Source: a virus
Length of the DNA stretch: 64,000 nucleotides
Direction: 5' to 3' (one strand)
Virus record (IMG/VR): IMGVR_UViG_3300031576_000032
Location: 6,188-70,187 of that record
Shown: positions 18,509-27,296 of the stretch, in pieces
Layout of the letters: each line of letters begins with the position of its first letter
Position numbering within the stretch: position 1 is the first letter of the stretch
Program-made: the position numbers and the translations under genes
Notes under the pieces: model-generated
Databases searched by the model: none
Seen by the model: the letters and a program-made list of their open reading frames with translations, nothing else
Told to the model about the DNA's origin: nothing

Positions 18509-19866
18509 GTCGCCCCTTTCGCGGACGAACGGAAGTTTACACCACCGCCGCGTCTTTGTAAACTCTTTTTTACGAATCGGAGGACGGAAGCGACCGCGCG
18601 CCCGGCGTTCCGACCGAACCGCGCCGCGGCTTCGTCCGCGCCCCGCGTTTCTGCGGGCCTCGTGCGGCCGAAGCCGGGGGGTCGCGGGTCCGAACGCGGC
18701 CGGAACCGGGAGGCCAGGGGGGAATTACGGACTACCCCCTGGCGACTCCGGTCGTCGACCGCGCCGACTCGAAACTCGGGGGGATCGACTCTTACCTTTA
18801 TCGTCGGCGTCGGGCTTCCCTGTTCATCAAGAAACGAAACAAGCGCGTGGCCGATTCGAAGGACGGAGATTTCGGTCGCTGGGTCTAGGCTCTTCCCGCG
18901 CGGCATCGTATCGGCCGCAGCCTTAATCGCGCGCCAATCTTTAGGCGTCGCGGCCCGCATCGCATGTTGTACCCGCGAACCAAGCTGCCCGAGAACGACG
19001 GACGGTAAGTCGCTTGGCGACTGAGTACAGAACCAGACGCCGACAGACTTCGACCGGATGATTCTTACGATTCGTCCTATCCGATCGACGAGCGGTCTCG
19101 GCGCGTCTTCAAATAGGAGATATGCTTCATCAATAAACATCGCGAGTTTAGGAATCGCGAGGTCCCCGACTTCAGGGAGATTCTCGTACAAGTCCGAAAG
19201 AATCCACGTCATCACCGTCGCGTATACCCGAGCGTTCTTTACGAGGTTGTCCGCGACGAGGACCGTAACGAACCCTTGCTCGTCATCGGTCTGTAGAAAT
19301 AGGTCGTCCCGCGCGATCGACTTCGGTCCGAAAATCAATCCGCCGCCATCGGCTTCAAACGTAGCGATTGACCTTCGGATCGCAGCAACCGTCGCGCTCG
19401 ATACGAGACCGTGATCGATCGAGACAGACTTCCGTTCCTCGTCGACAGACCGAAGGACTTCTTGTACGTCCTTCAACGTATCGAAAGGGAGGTTTTCGTC
19501 GGCGGCGTACCGAAACGCGACGCCGAGAACGTCGGCTTGAACGCCCGTGACGCCGATCGTGCGGGCGAACAACCCCGCCCCGAACCGGCGGACCGGCACC
19601 CGGAACGGATGGCCGCGCTTACCTTCGGGGTCCCAAAACACAGTCGGTAACGGTCGCGCACCGGAGCAAACTCCGGCAACGTCGCCCTTTACATCGGGAA
19701 CAAACGTCGGGACTCCGGCCCGCGACAATCCTTCGACGAGACGCATCATCGAAACGGTCTTCCCCGCGCCCGTAGCGCCAGCGATTAACCCGTGCCGGTT
19801 CGCGCGGGCCAGGGGGAGCGACGCTTCGGTTCCCTTATCGTCGCGGCCGAGGACGATATACGTCAT
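18505..19866 (-). CDS. HerA/FtsK-superfamily ATPase, DUF853 (YjgR-like)
   Basis: NRHGLIAGATGAGKT, DVKGDVAG, FIDEAYLLF, RSKSVGVWFCTQSPSDLP..LGQLGSRVQHAMRA. Confidence 0.88.
   Translation of the reverse strand: MTYIVLGRDDKGTEASLPLARANRHGLIAGATGAGKTVSMMRLVEGLSRAGVPTFVPDVKGDVAGVCSGARPLPTVFWDPEGKRGHPFRVPVRRFGAGLFARTIGVTGVQADVLGVAFRYAADENLPFDTLKDVQEVLRSVDEERKSVSIDHGLVSSATVAAIRRSIATFEADGGGLIFGPKSIARDDLFLQTDDEQGFVTVLVADNLVKNARVYATVMTWILSDLYENLPEVGDLAIPKLAMFIDEAYLLFEDAPRPLVDRIGRIVRIIRSKSVGVWFCTQSPSDLPSVVLGQLGSRVQHAMRAATPKDWRAIKAAADTMPRGKSLDPATEISVLRIGHALVSFLDEQGSPTPTIKVRVDPPEFRVGAVDDRSRQGVVRNSPLASRFRPRSDPRPPGFGRTRPAETRGADEAAARFGRNAGRAVASVLRFVKKSLQRRGGGVNFRSSAKGAT
18534..18562 (-). promoter_or_regulatory. 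Sigma70-like promoter upstream of SNF2 helicase
   Basis: TTTACA-N17-TAAACT. Confidence 0.55.
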
Positions 19867-20015
19867 TCTCCGTCCTTGAGGGAAGTCCCAATTATCCCCA
19901 TTCCGGTGAAGATCGCGATGACCCCGACCGCGCCCCGACGGCCCGGAGCGGCAAGAAAAACGCCCGATAACAGGAACCCGACTCCGATTATAAACAAGAC
20001 GGTCGACTTTCTCAT
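19863..20015 (-). CDS. Small two-TM membrane protein
   Basis: MRKSTVLFIIGVGFLLSGVFLA..VGVIAIFTGMGII. Confidence 0.55.
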   Translation of the reverse strand: MRKSTVLFIIGVGFLLSGVFLAAPGRRGAVGVIAIFTGMGIIGTSLKDGE

Positions 20016-20019
20016 CGGA

Positions 20020-20226
20020 TCACCTCGCGTACGGAATCGGGTTGAACTCCGGAAACATAATTCGAGCGATCGGTTCGGAGAGTTTTTCCCCTTCTTGAAG
20101 GACCGGAAGAAATTCAGCATCATGATTGTATCCTGGAACCGCATCGATGTACGCGGACCATTTTCCTTCGATTCGAGTCGTCGCGACGGCGAGGACGCGC
20201 ATCGCAAACGCCCGCTTCAGGATCAT
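20020..20226 (-). CDS. Hypothetical protein
   Basis: WSAYIDAVPG..GEKLSE..ARIMFP; fits gene array. Confidence 0.55.
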   Translation of the reverse strand: MILKRAFAMRVLAVATTRIEGKWSAYIDAVPGYNHDAEFLPVLQEGEKLSEPIARIMFPEFNPIPYAR

Positions 20227-20309
20227 CGGGGACTAAGGAACGTCGAACGGCTTTCCGTGTTCCGGAAAATGTTCCGTCGCCCAATCCGGCCACTCGTTTC
20301 TCGGAAGAG

Positions 20310-20582
20310 TCATTCGGGGTCCGGTCCTGGATCGCCTACGGCATCGATCGCTTTGTCTCGGCATTGGTCGACGAACCGCGTGACCCATTTCTCCCACTCG
20401 GAGGACGTTGTCGGATCGACGTCGGTCTTTCCGAACAAGCCCTCCTGGAACGTGTTGATCGCTTCGACTGCGGCTTCTTCGGCTTCGTCCGCGGCTTCTT
20501 CTTGACGCTTCGACAGTTCCGGGGGAGGTTGATTGTCGTAGGCCTTCTGAGCTCGGGCGAAACTCGAGTCATAGTCGCTCAT
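20310..20582 (-). CDS. Acidic hypothetical protein
   Basis: GGAGG RBS; FARAQKAYDNQPPPE. Confidence 0.6.
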   Translation of the reverse strand: MSDYDSSFARAQKAYDNQPPPELSKRQEEAADEAEEAAVEAINTFQEGLFGKTDVDPTTSSEWEKWVTRFVDQCRDKAIDAVGDPGPDPE

Positions 20583-20625
20583 CTCTCCTCCTTTGTTAAC
20601 TTCGCCGCATCGAATCCGAGCTCGC

Positions 20626-21348
20626 TCACGCTCGACTCGGACTCGATGCCTCAATCCCCCGACGGATTGGAATCTGCCGGCCTTCGACGACGCCCGCTTC
20701 GAACGCGGGAGAATGTCGGGGGGTTCCGGCTGACCTTCCGGTTCTCGTTGCGCCGAACAACTCTCTTACAGCGACGTCGAGCTCTTTCCCGGTCGTAACG
20801 ACTAACGCTCGAGAGTTTGCGGTCGCGGTCGGCTCCGTCTTGGCATCGAACTCGTCAGTGAGGCGCTTCGCGACAGCGAACATCGCGCCCATTAGGAACG
20901 CCGACGACTCTTTCCCCGACGCCCCGAATCCTTTGTCTTTACAGTATTCCCTCATCAACCTCTCGATTTCCCTCGAGAGATACGCATACAGATACTTAAC
21001 GGCCTCGACGTTCGATGGCTTCCCGATCAGGTAGACGTCGGCGGTCGATTCGACGTACACGCACCTCGCGAAGTTCGTCCGCACGACGACGTTCATCAAC
21101 TTCCGCCGCCACGAGATGTTTCCCTGATACTTCCCGAGGGAGAACTTATCTTTCTCGTATGCCTCAGGGTCCAGGGAAGAAACCTGAGACATTTCGAGGT
21201 TATGGGCGAAGAGGAGTTCTTGAGCCTTCGCGGCGGCAGACGCAGCTTCCTCGGCGGTCGCGCCGTTTCCCTCGGCTGCTAAGTTCAACAGCTTACGGAT
21301 TTTGTTGATCACCTTCTCAGAATCAGAATGCACGCGGGGAGGAGTCAT
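20626..21348 (-). CDS. DUF2786-family protein
   Basis: KVINKIRKLLNLA..ATAEEAASAAAKAQELL N-terminal signature. Confidence 0.75.
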   Translation of the reverse strand: MTPPRVHSDSEKVINKIRKLLNLAAEGNGATAEEAASAAAKAQELLFAHNLEMSQVSSLDPEAYEKDKFSLGKYQGNISWRRKLMNVVVRTNFARCVYVESTADVYLIGKPSNVEAVKYLYAYLSREIERLMREYCKDKGFGASGKESSAFLMGAMFAVAKRLTDEFDAKTEPTATANSRALVVTTGKELDVAVRELFGATRTGRSAGTPRHSPAFEAGVVEGRQIPIRRGIEASSPSRA

Positions 21349-21542
21349 TTCTTCTTAGCCTTAGCTTCCTTCCGGTTGAGCCGATCGACGGCGCGATCGA
21401 CACGCTCGACGAGATCGTCAAGCCCCCGCGCGGGGAACGACGTCCTCTCCTGGACCGTCGCGAGGACCTCCCGGAGGTACCGGAGTTCCGACGGCTTAAG
21501 GACGAGGAAACCCTGGAATTCTTCGGCGGGTTCCCTAGACAT
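21345..21542 (-). CDS. Hypothetical protein
   Basis: Coupled ORF. Confidence 0.5.
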   Translation of the reverse strand: MSREPAEEFQGFLVLKPSELRYLREVLATVQERTSFPARGLDDLVERVDRAVDRLNRKEAKAKKK

Positions 21543-22098
21543 GGTAGTCGACCGTAACGAGCCAGCCGTCCGTGATCCCCCGGTCGGAGAGGAACTTCTT
21601 CACCGGGACCGACTTTAACTTCCCCGTTTCCTCATGCTCAGCGAACCCGGGACCTATAATTGTATAGCATTCGAGGTCGTCGGGTACGGTTTCCAGGGGG
21701 GCGACGTCCCCCTCGAACCTACGCCACTGGCTCGGCCACTTCGTCCTTCGGCCGGGGCCTAAAGGGCCATGGACCCAGGACTTCTTCTCTTGATCGTACG
21801 TCCCGCATCCGTTGCACGTGTATGTTGGAGTCGACTTCAGACTATTGATTCCGACATCGTCTCGACGGAAACCGGTCCCGGCGCACAAATCACACGTCTC
21901 GATATTCTCGGGATCGGTTTGTGGATTATAGGACGGGTCGTGCTTTCCTGTCCAGCGTCCGCCGATCTGCCACCAGTCGAAGAACCCTCGGGGATTTTCC
22001 TCTTCCTCCCCCTCCTTGTACGGAGCCATCGCCTCGGAGACAGCCTTGTCGAGATGGGCCGGTTTTTCGTGAAACCACACCTCCGCGTGGAAATGCAC
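21535..22098 (-). CDS. Hypothetical protein with CxxCxGxG Zn motifs
   Basis: FDWWQIGGRW, CDLCAGTG, CNGCG, LVTVDYH. Confidence 0.65.
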   Translation of the reverse strand: MHFHAEVWFHEKPAHLDKAVSEAMAPYKEGEEEENPRGFFDWWQIGGRWTGKHDPSYNPQTDPENIETCDLCAGTGFRRDDVGINSLKSTPTYTCNGCGTYDQEKKSWVHGPLGPGRRTKWPSQWRRFEGDVAPLETVPDDLECYTIIGPGFAEHEETGKLKSVPVKKFLSDRGITDGWLVTVDYHV

Positions 22099-22101
22099 GG
22101 C

Positions 22102-22281
22102 CTAGGCTTTCCGATAGACGTTCATTCCGAGGACCGATCCGGCCGGGTCTTCGAGCCGGACGTTTCCTTCAGTCGATGCGACGATAATCGACTTCCCGCT
22201 CGACGACGCGCCGAACGTCTTCGAAAGGTCGACCGTGATCGTGAGGATATTTCCGGAGACTTTCGTTTCGATGTTCTTCAT
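22102..22281 (-). CDS. 59-aa small beta-rich protein (below ORF-track cutoff)
   Basis: MKNIETKVSGNILTITVDLSKTFGASSSGKSIIVASTEGN..; GGAGG RBS. Confidence 0.7.
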   Translation of the reverse strand: MKNIETKVSGNILTITVDLSKTFGASSSGKSIIVASTEGNVRLEDPAGSVLGMNVYRKA

Positions 22282-22466
22282 GGAGAATCCTCCCTTTTCG
22301 ATGGACGGAAAAATAGAAGCCGCTTCACTTTATCCTTTCCCGAAGGTTTTATCCGACCCCAAGGAAAACTCTGGACCTAATCTCCTACCAGTACCGGAGT
22401 TAGGCGCGGCCTCGTTATTTTGCGGTTCCACCAGCGTTTCCGGCACCGCGCTTGACCGACCCGTTT

Positions 22467-22496
22467 ATCGTACGATCTCCTGTTCCGCATTGTAAA
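22467..22496 (-). promoter_or_regulatory. Sigma70-like promoter
   Basis: TTTACA-N18-TACGAT. Confidence 0.65.
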
Positions 22497-22519
22497 TATC
22501 TTTATTCGGCTCGCGGCGA

Positions 22520-22945
22520 CTAATTATCGCCGTCGTCTTCTTCGTCTTCTTCGTCTTCTTCCCCCGGATCGGGGCTAGGGTTCTCGATTAGCCAGTCGAT
22601 CGCCGCGCACGCGGCTTCGGCCCGTTCTTCAGGGGAATCGGCGTTCTTGTACGCTTGTTCGATGTGCATCGGCCAAGAAGCCGTGAAGAACAACCGATTG
22701 GACTGTCCCTCGGTCAGGTCGAGGATATCACGAGCAAGGCTCGGGGTTTCCCCTCCGAAGTCCCTCGTGAATTCCCCTTCGTCAAGGATACACGCGAGAC
22801 CCGCGATACAAGCGGCTGTTCCGCATGGAGGGCGATCGGTGAGGACGGAGATTTTGCTGGCGTCGATGAACCATTCCTCCATCTGAAGTTTTCTTGGCTC
22901 TTCCCGGATTGCTTTTTGGATCGCGCGGAGCTTCGTGACGTTCAT
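22520..22945 (-). CDS. Hypothetical protein with acidic tail
   Basis: CGTAACIAG motif; C-terminal EEDEEDEEDD. Confidence 0.65.
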   Translation of the reverse strand: MNVTKLRAIQKAIREEPRKLQMEEWFIDASKISVLTDRPPCGTAACIAGLACILDEGEFTRDFGGETPSLARDILDLTEGQSNRLFFTASWPMHIEQAYKNADSPEERAEAACAAIDWLIENPSPDPGEEDEEDEEDDGDN

Positions 22946-23151
22946 TGATTCCCCCCTTCTGGGCGGCGGACCCGAGACCAGTGAACGAGAAACTCAAAAC
23001 CGAGGGCCTTGTCGAGGACCTCGATTGAGTTCGATTCTTTCGGTTGGAGCAAGACAACCGTCCCGGCGAGCCAAGACCGGCCGTCAAACGCTTCGACTTC
23101 ATCGCCGACGTTGAACTTCGGCGTCGGATGTTTGATGACCTTTGTTCTCAT
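22942..23151 (-). CDS. Small SH3/Tudor-like protein
   Basis: FNVGDEVEA..WLAGTV..VHWSRVR. Confidence 0.55.
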   Translation of the reverse strand: MRTKVIKHPTPKFNVGDEVEAFDGRSWLAGTVVLLQPKESNSIEVLDKALGFEFLVHWSRVRRPEGGNQ

Positions 23152-23333
23152 CCTTCGTTTCCTCCTCGTTTATGAAGTTTTCGGTTTAGCTTCTTGGATA
23201 GCGCGCGAGCGGTCGACGCGTAGGGAAAGACATTTTCGACTTCTTTCTTGTCGCTAGTGAGTTCGGAGTAACAAGCGACTTCCCAACACCGGGGGCCGAG
23301 CCGAGTAACGCGGTATACGAACCACGGCTTCAC
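23148..23333 (-). CDS. Hypothetical protein
   Basis: GTGA/ATGA coupled, GGAGG RBS. Confidence 0.5.
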   Translation of the reverse strand: MKPWFVYRVTRLGPRCWEVACYSELTSDKKEVENVFPYASTARALSKKLNRKLHKRGGNEG

Positions 23334-23593
23334 CCGGTCCTCCTTCCTAGGTCGCTTCGGCCGGTCGATTCAGCTATCGTGACGTCGAATTGTTGATCGT
23401 CGATTCGGACGCGGAACCAAGCGACTTCGTCTCGCGTTCCGAAAATGATTGCTATTTCTGAAGCATCGATCTCGATACCTAACGATATCGTGCTCGATGC
23501 CGATTCGGGAACTCCGCTTCGGCAAAGTTCGGCGACAACGAAAGATGACACTGGACCTTTCGGAGGGGGACCGGCGAAGTCCATTTTCTTCAT
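23330..23593 (-). CDS. Hypothetical protein
   Basis: Coupled ORF; start uncertain (23593 or 23659). Confidence 0.45.
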   Translation of the reverse strand: MKKMDFAGPPPKGPVSSFVVAELCRSGVPESASSTISLGIEIDASEIAIIFGTRDEVAWFRVRIDDQQFDVTIAESTGRSDLGRRTG

Positions 23594-23655
23594 TGTTTTG
23601 CCCCTTTGCTTCCTTCCTCGCTTCGCGAGGACGGGCGAGGACGATTTCGCATCGC

Positions 23656-23886
23656 TCAATCGTCCTCGCCCGAGTCCGGAGCGCCGAGGTCACGCGGTTC
23701 GGTGTGGTCGAGAAGAGTTGAAAGGAGGTGATCGTAGTCGGAGGACCGACAGGCTTCCATCACCACGTCGATTTCTTCCTCCGTCCAGCCTTCTCGACGG
23801 GCCTGCTTCGTGAACGCGCCCATAAGAAAGAACGCGTTCCCGTCGAGGCCGACTAGGTCGAGGTTTACCTTCTTGTTGACGATCAT
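23656..23886 (-). CDS. Conserved small hypothetical protein
   Basis: LVGLDGNAFFLMG..ARREGW..SSDYDHLL; GGAGG RBS. Confidence 0.7.
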   Translation of the reverse strand: MIVNKKVNLDLVGLDGNAFFLMGAFTKQARREGWTEEEIDVVMEACRSSDYDHLLSTLLDHTEPRDLGAPDSGEDD

Positions 23887-24077
23887 TGATCCTCCTGTCC
23901 GTGCCCCTCGTTCACAATCGCGTCGGCGTCTGCCGGCTCGATCTCTTCTTCATCATCACCAACGACCCTCCAACCTTCGTCGCCGAAGAAGGATCTCGCG
24001 GCGTACTCAGCTAGGAGCGGCGTCGAGAACGTCCCCGCTATGATTGGTGCTCCGTTCTCGTCGATGACGTAGTACAT
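23883..24077 (-). CDS. Acidic hypothetical protein
   Basis: GGAG RBS, coupled. Confidence 0.55.
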   Translation of the reverse strand: MYYVIDENGAPIIAGTFSTPLLAEYAARSFFGDEGWRVVGDDEEEIEPADADAIVNEGHGQEDQ

Positions 24078-24340
24078 CAGTCTCTCCTTTCTCGGTCAAC
24101 AACGAAGAGAAAATCTTCCTCTTCGTTGTCGACCGAGTCGCGGGGGCCGTCGCCCGCGTTCCTAGCGCGTTCCGACGGGGCCACACGCCGATTCTCGGCC
24201 GGGTCAATGGGTCGCGCGGGGCGACGGACGCCCGCCGACGATAGCGCGTGCGATGGGCATTCGAGTAACAACTCCGCGTGCGGGTACCAGCGGCAACCAC
24301 AACGATGGATCTTGAACAACGACGAATCCAGGGGTTTCAT
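24077..24340 (-). CDS. Hypothetical protein
   Basis: TAATG/TGATG coupling; HRCGC. Confidence 0.45.
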   Translation of the reverse strand: MKPLDSSLFKIHRCGCRWYPHAELLLECPSHALSSAGVRRPARPIDPAENRRVAPSERARNAGDGPRDSVDNEEEDFLFVVDRERRD

Positions 24341-24555
24341 TAGTTCACGACCCTTTCGATTAGGTACCTTTTTCCTCCTCGGACGAGCCACCGAGACCCG
24401 CGCCAGAGGTTGATCGCCTCGGCCCAATCGTATCTTGCGAACGAGATCTTCTTGAACCTTCGGCCGTTTCGGAGAACCCCTGTCACTTCATACTTGTCTC
24501 CTTTTTCTTGGGTCCAGGCGGTTCTGGATCTTGAGCGAGAGATAGGAGACGTCAC
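24340..24555 (-). CDS. Basic hypothetical protein
   Basis: YEVTGVLRNGRRFK..AINLWRGSRW; start uncertain. Confidence 0.5.
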   Translation of the reverse strand: MTSPISRSRSRTAWTQEKGDKYEVTGVLRNGRRFKKISFARYDWAEAINLWRGSRWLVRGGKRYLIERVVN

Positions 24556-24752
24556 TACTTCGACCTCGACCCCGACCCCGACCCCGACTTCGACCCCGAC
24601 CCCGACCACGACTTCGACCCCGACCACGACTTCGACCCCGACCACGACTTCGACCCCGACCACGACTCCGACCACGACTTCGACTCCGACTTCGACTCCG
24701 ACCACGACTTCGACTCCGACTTCGACCCTATCAGAGCGACCGCGGGGGTCAT
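24555..24752 (-). CDS. 65-aa Ser-X repeat peptide (SKSWSG)n
   Basis: ATGA overlap with upstream gene; encoded by a hexamer tandem repeat. Confidence 0.55.
   Translation of the reverse strand: MTPAVALIGSKSESKSWSESKSESKSWSESWSGSKSWSGSKSWSGSKSWSGSGSKSGSGSGSRSK
24556..24728. repeat. Tandem array of CGACNN hexamers with 18-bp higher-order unit (CGACCACGACTTCGACCC)
   Basis: Directly visible; about 28 hexamers. Confidence 0.9.
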
Positions 24753-25078
24753 TTCTGGGCTTTCGGAAGCGTTCCCTTCCACTCGAACGAGTCCGTGGCG
24801 CACGAGACGTTCAGGAACGCGCGACCGATCGGCTCGACTTCGGACACGGTACCATTCTCGACGGTTTGCGCATACCGGCCGCTATCGGCGATCCATGCGG
24901 CATCGTCGAGGGTCAACCAGTCCCCATCGATCGCTACAACTCGGCCGGTCAGGTGATATGTGACCGTCCGCCAGAAGTAAGCCTTCCCGATCTCGAACGG
25001 ATGGCGCCTGGATCCAGGAATCGGAACCGAGGAACCTTCGAGGATTTCGAGAAGGGCGCGGAGTTGTTTTGTATCCAT
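24749..25078 (-). CDS. Small beta-barrel (Sm/SH3-like) hypothetical protein
   Basis: FEIGKAYFWRTVTYHLTGRV..LDDAAWIADSGR..EVEP. Confidence 0.65.
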   Translation of the reverse strand: MDTKQLRALLEILEGSSVPIPGSRRHPFEIGKAYFWRTVTYHLTGRVVAIDGDWLTLDDAAWIADSGRYAQTVENGTVSEVEPIGRAFLNVSCATDSFEWKGTLPKAQK

Positions 25079-25101
25079 TTAGCTTTTCCTTTCGTTAAGG
25101 T

Positions 25102-25428
25102 TTAGTAGTCCTCGCCCGGGAAAGAATCTGACATGCAATCGTTATATGCGAGCTCGATGAGTTCGATGATCCAGGGGAAATCGAGGGTATTCTCGCCGTC
25201 CTCAATCGAGGCGGCGAACCCTAGGATCGAGGAGAAATCGCCGGAGTTCACCGACACCCAGTCCTCGACGTCTTCTCTTGTGATCTTGCTGTCTCCGCGG
25301 CCTTCGCGGTCGCGGATGTTCTCGATATCGCATTTGTCGAGGACCTTTTCCATTGCGGCCCTCGCGCCGTACGGCATCCAGATACCGCCGACGATCCAAA
25401 CGCACGATTTTCCGACAACGTATTTCAC
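25102..25428 (-). CDS. Acidic hypothetical protein
   Basis: GAGG RBS, GTGA coupling. Confidence 0.55.
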   Translation of the reverse strand: MKYVVGKSCVWIVGGIWMPYGARAAMEKVLDKCDIENIRDREGRGDSKITREDVEDWVSVNSGDFSSILGFAASIEDGENTLDFPWIIELIELAYNDCMSDSFPGEDY

Positions 25429-25760
25429 GTTTGTCCTCTTTCCTGTGTCGCTTCGAGCCGAGCGACGACGGAGTCATCGGACTCGGTCGAGTTTTCGGCC
25501 CCTCCCCCCAACGGACGATTCCGGGTTCCTTTCAAGAACGCGGACTCGTCCGGCACCCAGACCCAGGCGCGGACGTATGCGCCGCCGTCGGAACGGGAGA
25601 CGACCTCTGTGTCATCGAACGCGTAGTCTTCAACTTCGACTTCTCCGTTGCGATGGTACTCGTCGGCGGCGGCGGAAATGTATTGTTCGTTGGTTGGATT
25701 CGGAAAGACCGATTTTGCTACGGACATTGGGTCTTCGCTTGGGTCAATTGTCGTTGTCAT
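25425..25760 (-). CDS. Acidic hypothetical protein
   Basis: GEVEVED..VVS..GAYVRAWVWV. Confidence 0.6.
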   Translation of the reverse strand: MTTTIDPSEDPMSVAKSVFPNPTNEQYISAAADEYHRNGEVEVEDYAFDDTEVVSRSDGGAYVRAWVWVPDESAFLKGTRNRPLGGGAENSTESDDSVVARLEATQERGQT

Positions 25761-26122
25761 CGTTCTCCCTTCCAAAGATTAAGAGCGTTTTTTGCTAAGC
25801 CTACCGCTTCTCGTTCTTTATTATTACAAGGAAGAGATATTACACGGAGGAGTTTTTCCAATACTTTTGCCATAACTCCGGCCGCGTTGACTGAACGGAG
25901 GATTAAGTCAGCGTTTTTCTCCCCTCTGCCCCTGTCGATCGGAAGAACGGCGACACGCCCAGAATTTACCGACTCCCCATGCGCTACGTCGGCAGGAGTT
26001 AAGACGTTCTTTGCCCCGCAATTCGGGCACGGGGGGTTTCTTGGGTTACGCTTCGTCGCCGCGCGGAGGGCCGAACGGCCTCCGGGGTCGGCGAAGTCAG
26101 ATCGGTCGTCGTCATCGAACAT
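25757..26122 (-). CDS. Hypothetical protein with CPNC motif
   Basis: GGAG RBS; RNPPCPNCGAKNVLTPAD. Confidence 0.55.
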   Translation of the reverse strand: MFDDDDRSDFADPGGRSALRAATKRNPRNPPCPNCGAKNVLTPADVAHGESVNSGRVAVLPIDRGRGEKNADLILRSVNAAGVMAKVLEKLLRVISLPCNNKEREAVGLAKNALNLWKGER

Positions 26123-26180
26123 CAAATATCTCCTTCTAGATCCGGGGGCCAGGGAGAATCGGGTTCGCAAGGAGGGTCAA

Positions 26181-26357
26181 TCATCGAAGTTCCTCGGGTT
26201 TAGAAATAGATTTTGTTTTGACCAGGATATCGTCATACTCGGAGTTTGTCTGGCCCTCGGCGACGTATTGATTCGCCAGGCGCCCGGCCTCTTTAGCGGA
26301 CGCCGCCTCGACGATAATCGTGATATCGACCGCCCAGGTTTTCTTTTTCTCGGTCAT
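26181..26357 (-). CDS. 58-aa hypothetical protein
   Basis: Hand translation MTEKKKTWAVDITIIVEAASAKEAG..; ATGA coupling. Confidence 0.5.
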   Translation of the reverse strand: MTEKKKTWAVDITIIVEAASAKEAGRLANQYVAEGQTNSEYDDILVKTKSISKPEELR

Positions 26358-26581
26358 TGTGGCTCGATCTCGACGGAGGTGTCAGGACCGAACGCTTCGA
26401 TCCAGCCATCTGGGGTAGGAATCATATAACCCCCTTCCTCTTGCCTGCAGATGATTTCGATCGCGTCGGCGTTCAAGACAACTTTTCTTCCTATGGCGTC
26501 GCGGACTTTCGCGATTCGACGAAGGATTTCTTCGAGCCCATATTTTTCGATCAAGAGATCGATTTTTTGGGCGGAGGTCAT
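26354..26581 (-). CDS. Hypothetical protein flanked by direct repeats
   Basis: ATGA coupling. Confidence 0.55.
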   Translation of the reverse strand: MTSAQKIDLLIEKYGLEEILRRIAKVRDAIGRKVVLNADAIEIICRQEEGGYMIPTPDGWIEAFGPDTSVEIEPQ

Positions 26582-26973
26582 TGTGGCTCGATCCTGACGG
26601 AACGGTAGTCGGCGAAGACGGCGGGGCCGTCGAGGACCTCGGTCCGGAGCCGATCGACTAGCAAATGGATGTCGTCATCGTCGTCTGGTTCCAGGGGAGC
26701 ATACTCGGGATCGTCCGAGACGCAGTCCCCCCGGTCGCATTCGATGATTTCGGCGTAGGGGTTCTCGTCGCAGCCGAGGTTCAAATCAAGGTACCCGGCG
26801 CGGGCGAGCTTCGCTTTCCTCGTGTGGCCGAGTTCGTGGAGGTTTGCGAGGTCGTCGACAGCCTCGCGGTACGAACCCAATTTCTCGGAGTAGTTCGGTA
26901 TGCATCCTCGAAGCCCGGCGATTGCATGATAGTGCCGGGTCCGCGGAGCGGCCGTGATCGAAGCGTGCATCAT
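26578..26973 (-). CDS. Hypothetical early protein
   Basis: GGAGG RBS; first gene after promoter 27041-27070. Confidence 0.6.
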   Translation of the reverse strand: MMHASITAAPRTRHYHAIAGLRGCIPNYSEKLGSYREAVDDLANLHELGHTRKAKLARAGYLDLNLGCDENPYAEIIECDRGDCVSDDPEYAPLEPDDDDDIHLLVDRLRTEVLDGPAVFADYRSVRIEPQ

Positions 26974-27040
26974 ATCCTCCGTTGGTTTCGATCCGGGGGA
27001 CGCGCGAGGTTTTCTCGAGCCGTTCCCGATCGACCCCCGG

Positions 27041-27070
27041 ATCGTAACACCTATATATCGCTCTTGTAAA
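27041..27070 (-). promoter_or_regulatory. Sigma70-like early promoter
   Basis: TTTACA-N18-TACGAT. Confidence 0.7.
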
Positions 27071-27296
27071 TCCTTATTATCGGCCGATTCGATGAGTTTC
27101 GAAAATAAGTTTTGATGTTTTTGGGAGGGCAAAAGGGGCTAGTGGTAAGGAAGTTACCAGGGAAGCAAGCGAAAACGGCTGTGAAGAATGAGATTCTGGG
27201 GGAAGAGTTGGCACGGGAACGGATTTGGGTTAAGGAAGAAGGTGTCCTTATAAAGGGACGCAGATTCGGGAGGTTTTTGGGTTATCTACAAAGTCG

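Noticed and set aside
22295-22462. c-di-GMP-I riboswitch or tRNA
   Set aside because: GGAAAC and GCAAAA are present but spacing and stems do not fit the consensus I know; no cloverleaf or T-loop; kept only as an unassigned structured leader
24556-24728. Possible CRISPR array, or Thr-Pro / Val-Gly repeat proteins in other frames
   Set aside because: Hexamer tandem repeat with no unique spacers; only the Ser-X frame has a coupled start on the locally coding strand
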